Sequence record: MN850585.1
Reading direction: 5' to 3' (one strand)
DNA: 64,000 nt
Origin: Escherichia phage skuden
The notes beneath the pieces were generated by a model. That model saw nothing but the letters and a program-made list of their open reading frames with translations. It searched no databases and was not told the origin of the DNA. The position numbers and the translations under genes were made by a program. Position 1 is the first letter of the stretch. Every line of letters starts with the position of its first letter. Below, piece by piece: positions 1 through 9,775 of the stretch.

Positions 1-30
1 TGTAGAAGACAACATTGTCAAATAATTCAT
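1..30 (-). CDS. 5' end of a minus-strand gene that runs off the window edge (partial)
   Basis: Open frame on minus strand from an ATG near position 30 to the window start; no product assignable. Confidence 0.25.
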   Translation of the reverse strand, partial: MNYLTMLSST

Positions 31-252
31 GACCGTCTTCTTCAGACCAAGTTCCAGTGACTATAGCTAATTTGTCAAGCAATTCATTAGGCAACGCTAC
101 ACCATCTTCTACGGAATCACTTAGAACGTTGTCACCTATGTACAATGTGAAGACCGTATGAAATGTTGAGTATCTTACGTGATTCTTTTCGCAAGAGCCA
201 CACTCTGAGGCGTAATCTTTAATCCACTCTAACTGTTTTTTGTTCAACTTAA

Positions 253-453
253 TCATAATTTCACCTTAGTTGGTAATGCACTGAATGCTATAGCTAACCC
301 TAAAAATGGTTTGAAGCATGACCATAAATCCATCTGACCATGATATGCGAAACTCCATTGCGGGTCTGAAAAACCCCATACCATAACACTAACTCCAAAA
401 AAGAAGATTAGAATGTGAAGTATGTATATCAACGTTTTTGATATTTTAAACAT
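253..453 (-). CDS. hypothetical small membrane protein
   Basis: ORF track 66 aa, hydrophobic segments; no recognisable motif. Confidence 0.35.
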   Translation of the reverse strand: MFKISKTLIYILHILIFFFGVSVMVWGFSDPQWSFAYHGQMDLWSCFKPFLGLAIAFSALPTKVKL

Positions 454-607
454 TTTAACTTATCTCTCAACTCACAATAAGAGAGTCCTAAAAAGAACCC
501 CAGTAAGACAGAACCTATGAACAGGCCAATGATGCTCTCTGCCATATCTAACATCCAATAAAAAAGGTGATGTAAGCCTATCAAGACTCACACCACCTTG
601 TCAAGTT

Positions 608-1480
608 TTACATAGAAACCCTGTCACGAATCTCAGCAATTTTTGCATCATTCATTCGGGATTCACCTTTAATCTTAGTCCATCCCAGATATCCGCACAC
701 TCTGTTAATCACAGAGATGTCATGTGAATGGCAAACCTCACATTCTTCAACATCAGCCTTTGGTCTGTTACCACAATGTTCACAGATTGCTAAGTCAAAG
801 TTAAGTCCCTGATAGAAACCTTTCAACATCCCTCTTGTGATACAACTTTTAAGTGCTGTTAAGTTTTCTGGGTTAGCTACCCTTACATACTGGATTCTAC
901 CACCTCTACAGATATGGAAGAATGGTTCTTCTAAGTCCTGCTTCTCAAATGGTGAGATGTCTGCTGCAACATTCATATGGAAACTGTTTGTAAAATATTC
1001 CTTATCAGAAACACCTTTGATAACACCAAACATTTCTCTGAACTGTTTTAGCTGAGTTCCACAAAGTGATTCTGCTGGAGTACCATAGACGGCATATAAG
1101 AAGCCATCTTCATTTTTAAACTCTTCAGTTTTCATGTTGATGTATGCCAGAACATCATATGCAAAACTATAACTTCCAACTTCATGAAGTCGTTTACCTT
1201 CAGCAAGAACAGATAGCTCATCAAGCGCAGTAACCCCAAAAGAAGCTGTGAAGGACTTCACAATATCCCAACCAACCCTGTCAGTAGGCTTCTTAGTTCC
1301 TTTGTACAGACCACCTTGTGTAAATGCAAGAGGGTTAGAACTTGCTGGCATATTGGCAATCATTTCATAGCGTTTCTTGTGGAAACTACGAATCATCTCT
1401 AGGTACTTATCAAGCTCTTTCCAGAAATCTAAACCATTCTCTTTAGAATACTGGTAAATCATTGGTAAGTTCAAAGACAC
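608..1480 (-). CDS. nrdD: anaerobic ribonucleoside-triphosphate reductase, C-terminal exon (true exon start likely near 1500)
   Basis: C-terminal glycyl-radical region RVCGYLG and Cys cluster CEHCG...CEVCHS; frame stays open a few codons upstream of the first Met. Confidence 0.85.
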   Translation of the reverse strand: MSLNLPMIYQYSKENGLDFWKELDKYLEMIRSFHKKRYEMIANMPASSNPLAFTQGGLYKGTKKPTDRVGWDIVKSFTASFGVTALDELSVLAEGKRLHEVGSYSFAYDVLAYINMKTEEFKNEDGFLYAVYGTPAESLCGTQLKQFREMFGVIKGVSDKEYFTNSFHMNVAADISPFEKQDLEEPFFHICRGGRIQYVRVANPENLTALKSCITRGMLKGFYQGLNFDLAICEHCGNRPKADVEECEVCHSHDISVINRVCGYLGWTKIKGESRMNDAKIAEIRDRVSM

Positions 1481-1499
1481 AGCACCAATGTTAGCACGA

Positions 1500-2294
1500 C
1501 CTACATAAAACTCTTCACCATCTTCGTTATGGTATGGTGATAAAAATGCTCTACACTTGTTGTTCAGGCAAGTTCGCTACGCTTACCCCGCTTTATCCAA
1601 GCTGCTTACTGTCACCAGTAAGTCCAGACTATATCTTCTACTTATTTCTAAGTAGCGTACCATTTCGAGTCGCTTGACCCTACACCGCTACATTCATCAC
1701 GGTTAGTCGTTCGGCATTTAGATGTATTCAAATTCATGTTCAAAGTTATTATGCTCTTTTACACCCTTCAATATTGAAGAGATAGTCTTGCGATTATATC
1801 CGAGTATATTGGATAACTCTCGTATTGACTTGGCAGCAATAACTTCTTTTGTCACTTTGTGTGTAGCCTTCACAGCATATGAACGCTTACAAAACTTGTA
1901 GCAACCGTTCTCATAACCTTCTTTAACATTCTCAGAATGAGTTCCCCATTCTAAGTTAGAAGCATGGTTGTTCAGTTTGTTATCATCTTTGTGTTTTACA
2001 ATTGGAAGATTGTTTGGGTTAGGTACATATTTCTCAGCAACTAACCTATGGACATACATGTCACGATTCTTCTTACCGTAAAACTTTACTTTCATATACC
2101 CAGTGTTGGATTTCCACTGTGTAAGCTCTACACCATTTTCTCTAAAGACTCTTCCGTCTTCAGTAACATGATAATTTGGCATGTAATACTCCTATGTTAT
2201 ATAGTTTCTTACATCTTACATCATTTAGCACAGGATTGTCTACATCTGTAGAGTTTCCCTGTTTAGGCACGTTTTAGATGAGCTATAGAGCCTG
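1500..2294 (-). mobile_element. group I intron interrupting nrdD, carrying an HNH homing endonuclease ORF (boundaries approximate)
   Basis: nrdD split into two ORFs about 800 nt apart; minus strand has AAGATATAGTCT near 1627-1638 (11/12 to group I S element as recalled), an R-like GTCAAGCGACTCGAAA near 1660-1680, and P/Q-like CAGGGAAA / AATCCTGTGC near 2215-2260. Confidence 0.6.
1718..2182 (-). CDS. HNH homing endonuclease (intron-encoded)
   Basis: HNH motif region HKDDNKLNNHASNLEWGTHSEN; C-terminal helix-turn-helix-like tail IRELSNILGYNRKTISSIL. Confidence 0.75.
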   Translation of the reverse strand: MPNYHVTEDGRVFRENGVELTQWKSNTGYMKVKFYGKKNRDMYVHRLVAEKYVPNPNNLPIVKHKDDNKLNNHASNLEWGTHSENVKEGYENGCYKFCKRSYAVKATHKVTKEVIAAKSIRELSNILGYNRKTISSILKGVKEHNNFEHEFEYI

Positions 2295-3494
2295 TTAACC
2301 CATCGGGGAAATTACCTTGCCAGAACGCTCAAAAGCCTCTGCTACAGCACCATGACCAGATACACTTAAGAAGTCTGGGTACATAGCTTTAGAGCAACAC
2401 TCAATAGCTTTACTGTACAGGTGACCTTGACAGATGTTCTCATTATGTCTCTTCTGGTCATAAATATAAACCAGTTTAGGGAATACAACAGGTTTCTTGC
2501 TCTTACCTTGTCCATTCATACGAACATCTAGGAGAGTACTTGCAATCATGTATTGCAGTCGGTTATCTTCATTAGACATATCTGAGTCAAGCAACCCGAA
2601 TGTCAAAGTTGTGAATGCAAAATCACCACGGCTACAAGGTACAGTGTTTAGCTTCATTTCTAGTGACTGGAAGCCTTGAGTTAATTCAATCTGTAGCTGC
2701 TCCATGACATAGTTATGGTAATATTCTTTAGGAATACCATAAGATGCAGCTTTCTCAGCATGATAACGTAGAGACTTCTTAGCATACGGTACAAGTACCT
2801 TATCAATCTCTGCTAAAGTAAATCCACCAAATTGCTGTGCAGTTGCTGAAAGAACTACATCACCAATAACCTGCAAGGCTGACAGCACAGACTTCGGTTC
2901 ACAGTATTCGATGCCAGACATTTCAAAGCCACCTTTCAGTACTTTACCAATGTCAAACAGGCAACAGTTTATACCACCAAAAATCAGGTCTCTTAAATCA
3001 TGGATGTAGATAAACCCTTTTTCAATGGCTTCAAGTTCCTCTGGTGTTAAATGGTACTGTTTAAAGATTTCTTTAGTCAGATAACCACGAATAATTGAAC
3101 CTTTTGTAGAAATTAAACTACTGTCAAAGTTAGCATTCTCTCTGTCACCTAAGAAGAGTGTGTCTCTGGTCTTTTGATAAAGTTCATCCCAATTTTGAGC
3201 AACTTCTTTACGGTAATTTCTATATGTTGAGTAAGACTCATAAATCTCGTGATTGACTTCTGCCAAAGCACCTTCAACAATACTGTGAATATCATTTACT
3301 GAAATGAGTAAATTATTCTGCTTAGTGGATTTCACCAGAATCCTCATAAATGCTGACTCAAGAGCTTGGGTAACATCTGGTGGAAGTTCTTTATACCCAA
3401 CCCTATTAGCTGACTTTGTGACTGCTGCTAAAACTTTTTTGATATCAGGTTCTTCGAGTGAGCCATTCTTTTTAATAATCTGTACTTTGTTCAT
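2295..3494 (-). CDS. nrdD: anaerobic ribonucleoside-triphosphate reductase, N-terminal exon (ORF ends in intron-encoded stop)
   Basis: 399 aa; PKLVYIYD...AMYPDFLSV...SPMG resembles T4 NrdD around the intron region as recalled. Confidence 0.85.
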   Translation of the reverse strand: MNKVQIIKKNGSLEEPDIKKVLAAVTKSANRVGYKELPPDVTQALESAFMRILVKSTKQNNLLISVNDIHSIVEGALAEVNHEIYESYSTYRNYRKEVAQNWDELYQKTRDTLFLGDRENANFDSSLISTKGSIIRGYLTKEIFKQYHLTPEELEAIEKGFIYIHDLRDLIFGGINCCLFDIGKVLKGGFEMSGIEYCEPKSVLSALQVIGDVVLSATAQQFGGFTLAEIDKVLVPYAKKSLRYHAEKAASYGIPKEYYHNYVMEQLQIELTQGFQSLEMKLNTVPCSRGDFAFTTLTFGLLDSDMSNEDNRLQYMIASTLLDVRMNGQGKSKKPVVFPKLVYIYDQKRHNENICQGHLYSKAIECCSKAMYPDFLSVSGHGAVAEAFERSGKVISPMG

Positions 3495-3511
3495 TATTTC
3501 CCCTTTACATG

Positions 3512-3534
3512 CTAAAAAGGTCTCCGAAGAGACC
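3512..3534 (-). terminator. rho-independent terminator, UUCG tetraloop hairpin on minus-strand RNA
   Basis: Plus strand aaaaaGGTCTCcgaaGAGACC; minus RNA reads GGUCUC-UUCG-GAGACC then U-run; sits between the 68-aa ORF and the nrdD start. Confidence 0.5.
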
Positions 3535-3542
3535 CTTTCATT

Positions 3543-3749
3543 TTAAATCTTTTTAGAAAACTTCGAAAAGAGTTCTCTTAGTTTTTCAGTGATACCTAAC
3601 TGTATCTCTAATATTTCGAAGATAACCCATAGTAACATGGCTCCAAACAATGAACCTTGTTCAAAGTCAGTAAATAGGTTAACAATAAGCATACCAATCA
3701 CAATAGCTGGTGCATCAACAACCAAACCTTCCCAAATGCGTTTAAGCAT
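3543..3749 (-). CDS. hypothetical small membrane protein
   Basis: 68 aa with a hydrophobic stretch AIVIGMLIVNLF. Confidence 0.4.
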   Translation of the reverse strand: MLKRIWEGLVVDAPAIVIGMLIVNLFTDFEQGSLFGAMLLWVIFEILEIQLGITEKLRELFSKFSKKI

Positions 3750-3984
3750 TATTCACCTCTGCCATAAAATTCTGTAGCGTCCCAACAGGTTTTAGGTTTT
3801 GTCCATCAGTTTTCATGATGAATGGCATCTGACGAACTGGCATCTGTGCAATATCCATCAGGTCTGATAGTTCATAGTCCTGCCCTAACATTCTCACAAC
3901 ATGGTCAATACCACGAACTTTTGCGAAATTCTTTGCAGTCTCACACTGAGGGCATCCAGTTTTGGAGTAAATTACATAAGTCAT
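3742..3984 (-). CDS. glutaredoxin/NrdH-like redoxin
   Basis: 80 aa with CPQC active-site motif (YSKTGCPQCETAK), immediately beside nrdB/nrdA. Confidence 0.7.
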   Translation of the reverse strand: MTYVIYSKTGCPQCETAKNFAKVRGIDHVVRMLGQDYELSDLMDIAQMPVRQMPFIMKTDGQNLKPVGTLQNFMAEVNNA

Positions 3985-5117
3985 TAAGGAACCTCTAAAA
4001 ATCCACTATTCAAATCATCTACAACAGTATTCAATAGGTACGCACCGTTCTGTTGCTCCTGATTAGCATTCTGCTCTTTATCAATTTCCATCTTCTTAAT
4101 CATGTACTTCAAAGGTGGTTCTTTAGGAGCTACAAAATCTCTGGGAATGCCAAACATATCATACAGTGGGGCAGCATTATAATAAACCCACTCATGAAGA
4201 AGCTTTGTATTTAAGCCAACTACAGCACGTCCTTCGGAGAAGATATAATACGACCATTTCTCTTCACTTTCAACTACTTCATCTAAGATTACTTTAATCT
4301 CTGGAAGAATTTGTTGAAAAGCTTTCTGCCACTCATCATCCCTTAAAGTTTCTTTTAAAACTTCAATATCAATTTTAGTGTGAAGGATTTCATCAAGCAT
4401 AATCTTCTGCACAGCTTGAGCAATACCCTGAAATTTATCTTGAGCATCAAGTGCAAAAGTACATGCAAATGATGCCATAAAAGATATACCTTCAAGTGCA
4501 GTCACTGCAAACAGTCCTTTCAGAATCACTTTATGGAAGTGTAAAGGGTCTTTGTCCAGAAGTGAGTCACGCACATAACTCAGCCGATAGTTTATACCTT
4601 CATCCAGTAATTCTTCAAGAACACGATTCACAGTTTTTAATCGGTCTTGCACAGCAACATTCTGGTTAATCTCATCTAAGATTGTTTCAGGGTTTTTAAT
4701 ACATTGTCTTACAATCTCTGAGTAAGTAAGAGCATGTAGGTTTTCAATCTCAGACTGCTTCATAATTGCAGTTGCATAGATGTCGTCAGAGATAAAGGGT
4801 GCAAAGGCAAATGCCAAACTCTTAGCAACTTGAGTGTCTGCTTCCCATTGCCACTTAAGAATCTCAAGCATTACACCTGACATTGATGCTGGGACACTCT
4901 CAAAATCAAGACGTGATTGTTCAAAAGGGAACTCATCTTCTGACCAATCTTGTGCTTTTTGTTGCTTATATAGTTCAAAGATTTTTGGGTAGTGTTTATT
5001 AAGTGAGTCAAAAGTTTTTCTCTCACCACCTAAAAAGATTGGGTGCTGATTAATCATAGCGTGATTTCTCCTTTCTTTATCATTTCTAAGGCTTGTTTTC
5101 TGTCTAAAACTTCCCAA
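3984..5117 (-). CDS. nrdB: ribonucleotide reductase small subunit (class Ia beta)
   Basis: 377 aa ferritin-like protein adjacent to nrdA; true start may be the internal MINQHPIF Met. Confidence 0.85.
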   Translation of the reverse strand: MGSFRQKTSLRNDKERRNHAMINQHPIFLGGERKTFDSLNKHYPKIFELYKQQKAQDWSEDEFPFEQSRLDFESVPASMSGVMLEILKWQWEADTQVAKSLAFAFAPFISDDIYATAIMKQSEIENLHALTYSEIVRQCIKNPETILDEINQNVAVQDRLKTVNRVLEELLDEGINYRLSYVRDSLLDKDPLHFHKVILKGLFAVTALEGISFMASFACTFALDAQDKFQGIAQAVQKIMLDEILHTKIDIEVLKETLRDDEWQKAFQQILPEIKVILDEVVESEEKWSYYIFSEGRAVVGLNTKLLHEWVYYNAAPLYDMFGIPRDFVAPKEPPLKYMIKKMEIDKEQNANQEQQNGAYLLNTVVDDLNSGFLEVP

Positions 5118-5395
5118 TTTTCTTTGTTAAACATCTCATAAGGTCTTGCATAGATTTTACCATCTGCTGTGGAAATGTAAGAGGCTCCAGTGACCCATAA
5201 GTCATCATTCTGCTTTATCATGATACCTGTGCTACTCACGTAGTACAATGTTTTGCGTGGTTTGTAGAGCAAGTATATTGGTCGCTCATGTTTTTCTATT
5301 AAGTCTTTCATAGTCTCTCCAAAGTTATTTTTAGAGGGTCTTTTACGACCCTCATAGTTGTTAAAACTAAACACCACAACCCTCGCAATAAGCAT
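5054..5395 (-). CDS. hypothetical protein (start probably internal, at MKDLIEK)
   Basis: ORF track 113 aa between nrdA and nrdB; no motif recognised. Confidence 0.4.
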   Translation of the reverse strand: MLIARVVVFSFNNYEGRKRPSKNNFGETMKDLIEKHERPIYLLYKPRKTLYYVSSTGIMIKQNDDLWVTGASYISTADGKIYARPYEMFNKENWEVLDRKQALEMIKKGEITL

Positions 5396-7601
5396 CTTGC
5401 AGTGCAGATTTACCTACACCAATGCGACTGTTAAGGTAGTACATGGTTTTCATACCTACCGAGTTGGCATAAATCATGTACTTCAGAGCTTGAGCCAATG
5501 ATACCTTCTTAGACTTTGCATAGTCAACATAGAAGTCTGAAGAGATAGCTTGACCAGTGAACTTTTGAACAATTGCATAACAATCAATCATATCAAAGGT
5601 GTCAATATCCCAAGCAATTTCATAGACATACTTCAACTCTTCATAATCTGGAACAATAAACAGTACGTTACCAGTTGCAGACTTTTTAGTTAAAATAAAG
5701 TCACGAATTGGGTACAAGCCGTTTGTCGTATTAGTTGCTAGTGAGGAACTCTCATTAGGCATGTAAGCTTCTAATACAGAGTTTCGGATTCCACCATTCT
5801 CTTTGATACGTTGTGCTAAGTCATCCCAATCATATCGTAGTTTTGCATCATGCTTTTCATCAATCTTCTTATTGGCTGTCTTTGTAGGAACCCAGCCTTC
5901 AGGATACTTAGTGAACTTCATGTACTCTGGAACACCACGCTCTTTAGCAAGTCTCAGAGAGGCTTCATGCAGATAGTAAGAGTGCATCTCTGCAAGTTCA
6001 TGAAGCTTCGTCTTACCTGCTCGTGAAGAGTAGTTCACGTAGTTCTTCGCAAGGTAATGAGCCACATTTGTAAGGCCAATCCCAACAGAACGACGCTTCT
6101 GAACATGGTTACGCATCGACGGATACGGATAATCCATAAGGTCAATAACGGAGTCAACCATTGCAAGAGCATAATAAGCAACGTCAGCGTATTCATCTTC
6201 TGAAATTCTCCCTGCAACCAAACTAGCTAGGAAGCAAAGAGCCACCTCACCATCCTCTTTCACAGCATCGTCTCTGTAAAGGTCTGTCTCTTTCTCAAAA
6301 CCATACACTGGCAACACAATTTCCATACAAAGATTTGACATCTTCAAAGGCTCTTTAAATGGTGTATGTGTGTTTGCATTGTTAGTGAAGAATGGATACA
6401 CACGTCCTGTAGCATAACGCTGTTGAATAAACAGCTTAGCAATTTCACGAGCCTTAACTCGTCTGTGCTTAACTCCTGAGTGTACTGCGTGACCAACTGC
6501 CATAGCAAACTCATCAGCAGATGCTGTGTAGAACATGTCATAGAGTTTTGGTGCATCTTTGTACGAGAATAGCAACCAATCTGTATCATACTGAACACAC
6601 TGCCAGAAATAATCGTTTGTGCCGAATGAGTAGTCCATCTCATTAATACGTTTAGAAGGAACCGTTGTAGGGTGCTTCAAACGCAGTAAGTCTTCAATCT
6701 GCGGGTCTAGAGCGGTGTAGAAGTTATTAGCTGAACCACCACGGCTCTTCTGTTTGTTTGCCTCTACAGATGAACGTACAAGCTTGTAATAAGGTAGTTT
6801 ACCCATGTGCTCAATAGTGTTTTGACGGATACCATCACCAATAGTACGTGTCTCCATCAGCATACCAATACCAGCTTGCTTTGTGGTCATATCATAAGCA
6901 ACCTTTGCAGCAATACCGAGAGACTCAGCAGTATCATTTGCCTTAATCAAACAGCATGACGCATAACCTGATTTAGTTGCTCTTAAACCATTTAAATAAG
7001 GCGTAGGAGCGTTAATCTTCAGGTCGGATAGGTAAGTGTACAGCTTGATAACATCTTGCAGTCTACGGTGCTTTGGTTGCTTCTCAAAGGCTTTCATAGC
7101 CATACCCATAAACATAAATTGTGGTGACTCAAAAAGTCTTCCAGTTTTAATATCACGGAGACCATACTTGTCTCTGAACTGTTTCAAGACTGCATAGCCG
7201 TAAGAGATATCTTTTGAGTGTACGATGTAACCTTGCAGATATTCAAGCTCTTCCTGTGAATAGTCCATCTTCTCCCAAAGTCCTGCTCTCTCCATATTTT
7301 TAACGAAGGTAACCAGTGTAGGAACTTTAGTAAAGCCTCCAAAGGCTTCTTTGTAGATAATCCCCAGAAGTAGCCGTCCAGCCATATCTGAGTACTCTTG
7401 AGTTTGTTTATCAACACAAACATCAATCATGGCTTGGTGCATCTCTTTTGTGGTGCATCCTTCATAAACACGTTTCATAGCTTCCATAGTGACTTCTGAC
7501 CAGATAATTCCACGTTTATCTGCCCATGATGCCCACTTATTCAGTCTTTCTGGGTCAAAGCTTACTACTGTACCGTTTGATTTTTTAATTGTCTTAATCA
7601 T
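5367..7601 (-). CDS. nrdA: ribonucleotide reductase large subunit (class Ia alpha)
   Basis: 744 aa; N-terminal ATP-cone-like start IKKSNGTVVSFDPERLNKW; C-terminal CxxC tail; size and neighbourhood typical. Confidence 0.9.
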   Translation of the reverse strand: MIKTIKKSNGTVVSFDPERLNKWASWADKRGIIWSEVTMEAMKRVYEGCTTKEMHQAMIDVCVDKQTQEYSDMAGRLLLGIIYKEAFGGFTKVPTLVTFVKNMERAGLWEKMDYSQEELEYLQGYIVHSKDISYGYAVLKQFRDKYGLRDIKTGRLFESPQFMFMGMAMKAFEKQPKHRRLQDVIKLYTYLSDLKINAPTPYLNGLRATKSGYASCCLIKANDTAESLGIAAKVAYDMTTKQAGIGMLMETRTIGDGIRQNTIEHMGKLPYYKLVRSSVEANKQKSRGGSANNFYTALDPQIEDLLRLKHPTTVPSKRINEMDYSFGTNDYFWQCVQYDTDWLLFSYKDAPKLYDMFYTASADEFAMAVGHAVHSGVKHRRVKAREIAKLFIQQRYATGRVYPFFTNNANTHTPFKEPLKMSNLCMEIVLPVYGFEKETDLYRDDAVKEDGEVALCFLASLVAGRISEDEYADVAYYALAMVDSVIDLMDYPYPSMRNHVQKRRSVGIGLTNVAHYLAKNYVNYSSRAGKTKLHELAEMHSYYLHEASLRLAKERGVPEYMKFTKYPEGWVPTKTANKKIDEKHDAKLRYDWDDLAQRIKENGGIRNSVLEAYMPNESSSLATNTTNGLYPIRDFILTKKSATGNVLFIVPDYEELKYVYEIAWDIDTFDMIDCYAIVQKFTGQAISSDFYVDYAKSKKVSLAQALKYMIYANSVGMKTMYYLNSRIGVGKSALQDAYCEGCGV

Positions 7602-7616
7602 TTTTGAATCCTACAG

Positions 7617-7641
7617 ATAAAAAGAGCCTCCGAAGAGGCTC
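7617..7641 (-). terminator. rho-independent terminator, UUCG tetraloop hairpin on minus-strand RNA
   Basis: Plus strand ataaaaaGAGCCTCcgaaGAGGCTC; minus RNA GAGCCUC-UUCG-GAGGCUC then U-run; just upstream of nrdA. Confidence 0.55.
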
Positions 7642-7647
7642 CGTAGT

Positions 7648-7980
7648 TTAAATCTTGAAAATTTGCTCATTCTGCCACATATCGTAAAACTTATCACTTA
7701 CCTTTGTGACTGAAGATGTGTGCATACAATTGACGAACCATGATATATTATTGCTCATAATAATTTCAAGCTGTTTTGTGACATCAACATTCATGTCTTC
7801 AACAACATAATTACCTCGTATCTTGCAAACAACTCTTCCAAACAAGATTGCACTTCTCCCTCTTCGGTCATCACAGTACATAACTGTGTCTCCGTGCTTA
7901 ACGTCTTGTCCGATGCTGTCAACACCTAGCTTAACACCTGAGATAATGTCATCATAAGATAGCTTTTTTGCTTTAGACAC
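7648..7980 (-). CDS. hypothetical protein
   Basis: ORF track 110 aa. Confidence 0.45.
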   Translation of the reverse strand: MSKAKKLSYDDIISGVKLGVDSIGQDVKHGDTVMYCDDRRGRSAILFGRVVCKIRGNYVVEDMNVDVTKQLEIIMSNNISWFVNCMHTSSVTKVSDKFYDMWQNEQIFKI

Positions 7981-8305
7981 GGTATTTCTCCAAGTTTCTT
8001 TTTAGATACAACCAACCATAGTCAGTCCTTTCTACACCCATAAAGAGTGGAGCCATCACAACTTTACCGAAAGTATTCCTGTGTTGGCAGATTTCAAAGG
8101 AATACTCTTTCTCAATGTCAATCCCGTATTTGTACAGGACTGCTTTTAAAACTTGTTCATTGTTCAGAAGTGTATCTGGAGTCTCACCATATTTTTCTAG
8201 TAACGGGTCATTCATAAACACCGTCATAGAAATATTGTAGTTTGAGAAGTGGCTCTTCTGAGCCACACCCTCTTTATTAATGTTCTGTGAATCCATTATA
8301 ACCAA
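7973..8305 (-). CDS. hypothetical protein
   Basis: ORF track 110 aa. Confidence 0.45.
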   Translation of the reverse strand: MVIMDSQNINKEGVAQKSHFSNYNISMTVFMNDPLLEKYGETPDTLLNNEQVLKAVLYKYGIDIEKEYSFEICQHRNTFGKVVMAPLFMGVERTDYGWLYLKRNLEKYRV

Positions 8306-9032
8306 CCCCTTTTAACCAGCACTTCAGGTTATTAGCATCATAATTCAGTTTCGGGTATGAGGTTACATGGAACTGCTCACCATCATAGTAGACAATATCT
8401 GCAATCCATAGTCCATTCTCTTTACAGAAGTCTTTATCTGCTTTAGAGGTAATTGGATTAACTTCTACAAAACCATCTACACCCAAATCCTTTAAGCTAC
8501 CTACAATACCTTTGCAGATAACGCATGTCTCAGATACTACCACAAAAAGTTCTTGGCTTTCAAGCTCTACAATGTATTCACCAAGCTGTACTTTAGGGAG
8601 ATTTGATTGCTTCATAATCTTCCCATCGGCTGCACGGACAATCGCATACCACTCTTTACCATCAACCACTGACATTCTGATGATACACTCTTGACCAGTA
8701 CGCTTCTCAACATCTGCAAGACGTTTTAAAGCTTCTTCATAGTCATCTGTGTACTTCAGGTCATTATTATGGCAAACAGCTTTCATAGCACCGTTATGGT
8801 CATGTTGTGACAGATAAATCAAACCGTCAAGAACATATTGCAAATCTGCCTGAGCATCCAGTGTCTCAATGGGGTCTTTCTCTTCAATTGCTTTTACAAG
8901 TTCTTTTGCTTCTTCAAGCATACACAGAGATTGAGATTTTAAAGATTCCCAATACTCATCACTGTAAGGTTGCTTTTGAGTGTTTCCACAACGAAGGTTC
9001 CAGTTTTTTACTGATTCTCTTGAGTTAAACAT
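8277..9032 (-). CDS. hypothetical protein, possible MazG-like N-terminal domain
   Basis: 251 aa; acidic helical stretch EEAKELVKAIEEKDPIETLDAQADLQYVLDGL loosely resembles MazG-type pyrophosphohydrolases. Confidence 0.3.
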   Translation of the reverse strand: MFNSRESVKNWNLRCGNTQKQPYSDEYWESLKSQSLCMLEEAKELVKAIEEKDPIETLDAQADLQYVLDGLIYLSQHDHNGAMKAVCHNNDLKYTDDYEEALKRLADVEKRTGQECIIRMSVVDGKEWYAIVRAADGKIMKQSNLPKVQLGEYIVELESQELFVVVSETCVICKGIVGSLKDLGVDGFVEVNPITSKADKDFCKENGLWIADIVYYDGEQFHVTSYPKLNYDANNLKCWLKGVGYNGFTEH

Positions 9033-9271
9033 TCGGACTCCTTAAAATATTTGTTAACCTTTAGCTCTCGTGTTTCAATATATTCTAGATGCTCACGTAG
9101 CTCTTGACGTTTAAGCATTAGGTGCTGCATTTGAGATTCAACAGCTTCAACTTCTTTAATTATTGACTCTTTAGCATTTGCAAGAATGCGCTCAAGTTCT
9201 TCAATCTTGCTGTCAACTTTTGCTACATGGCTCACAGCTTTACTTTTGTTAAACATTTTATTCTCTCTCAA
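9008..9271 (-). CDS. hypothetical coiled-coil protein
   Basis: 87 aa, heptad-like charged sequence. Confidence 0.4.
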   Translation of the reverse strand: MRENKMFNKSKAVSHVAKVDSKIEELERILANAKESIIKEVEAVESQMQHLMLKRQELREHLEYIETRELKVNKYFKESECLTQENQ

Positions 9272-9277
9272 TAGTTA

Positions 9278-9775
9278 TCAAGCACGATTTTCTTTCATTA
9301 CCTTATGGATTCTTTTTTCAGCATCTTCATAAGTTTCTTTAGTGATAAACTTAATTGCTGCAATATTGGCATTGTAGAAGAGTCTGAGCTTCGAGTCAAT
9401 CCTTTTTGTCATTACATCGAACTTATGTTGAAGGTTTGCTTCACCATAAACTAGGCCACCTTTTGTGTAGTAGGTTTGGATAATGTAAAAGTCAAAAGAT
9501 TCCTTTCCAAAGCTTTCAATATCTTTTTTAATATACTCAGAAGAAGTCTCATAAGTCATCCAATCACTTTCCTTAGTGACTATCTTCTTCCGAGTCTTAC
9601 CAGCAACTTTTCTTTTGGTCACACTGTTAAGCTGTTTCTTTCCGATATAATATTGTCCAGTCTTCTTACAGTGTACTAAATAGACGAAGCCGAAATGTTT
9701 AGTGGGGTCAACTTCCCCACATAAAGATACCCAATGACCATAGGTAGGGCAATTACCAAAACCTTTAATCTTCAT
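9278..9775 (-). CDS. putative GIY-YIG family endonuclease
   Basis: GFVYLVHCKKTGQYYIGKK matches the GIY...YIG pattern; 165 aa. Confidence 0.45.
   Translation of the reverse strand: MKIKGFGNCPTYGHWVSLCGEVDPTKHFGFVYLVHCKKTGQYYIGKKQLNSVTKRKVAGKTRKKIVTKESDWMTYETSSEYIKKDIESFGKESFDFYIIQTYYTKGGLVYGEANLQHKFDVMTKRIDSKLRLFYNANIAAIKFITKETYEDAEKRIHKVMKENRA

Noticed and set aside
6035-7426. Small minus-strand ORFs nested inside nrdA (6035-6217, 6344-6643, 7184-7426)
   Set aside because: Alternative frames within a well-supported 744-aa gene; no independent signals.
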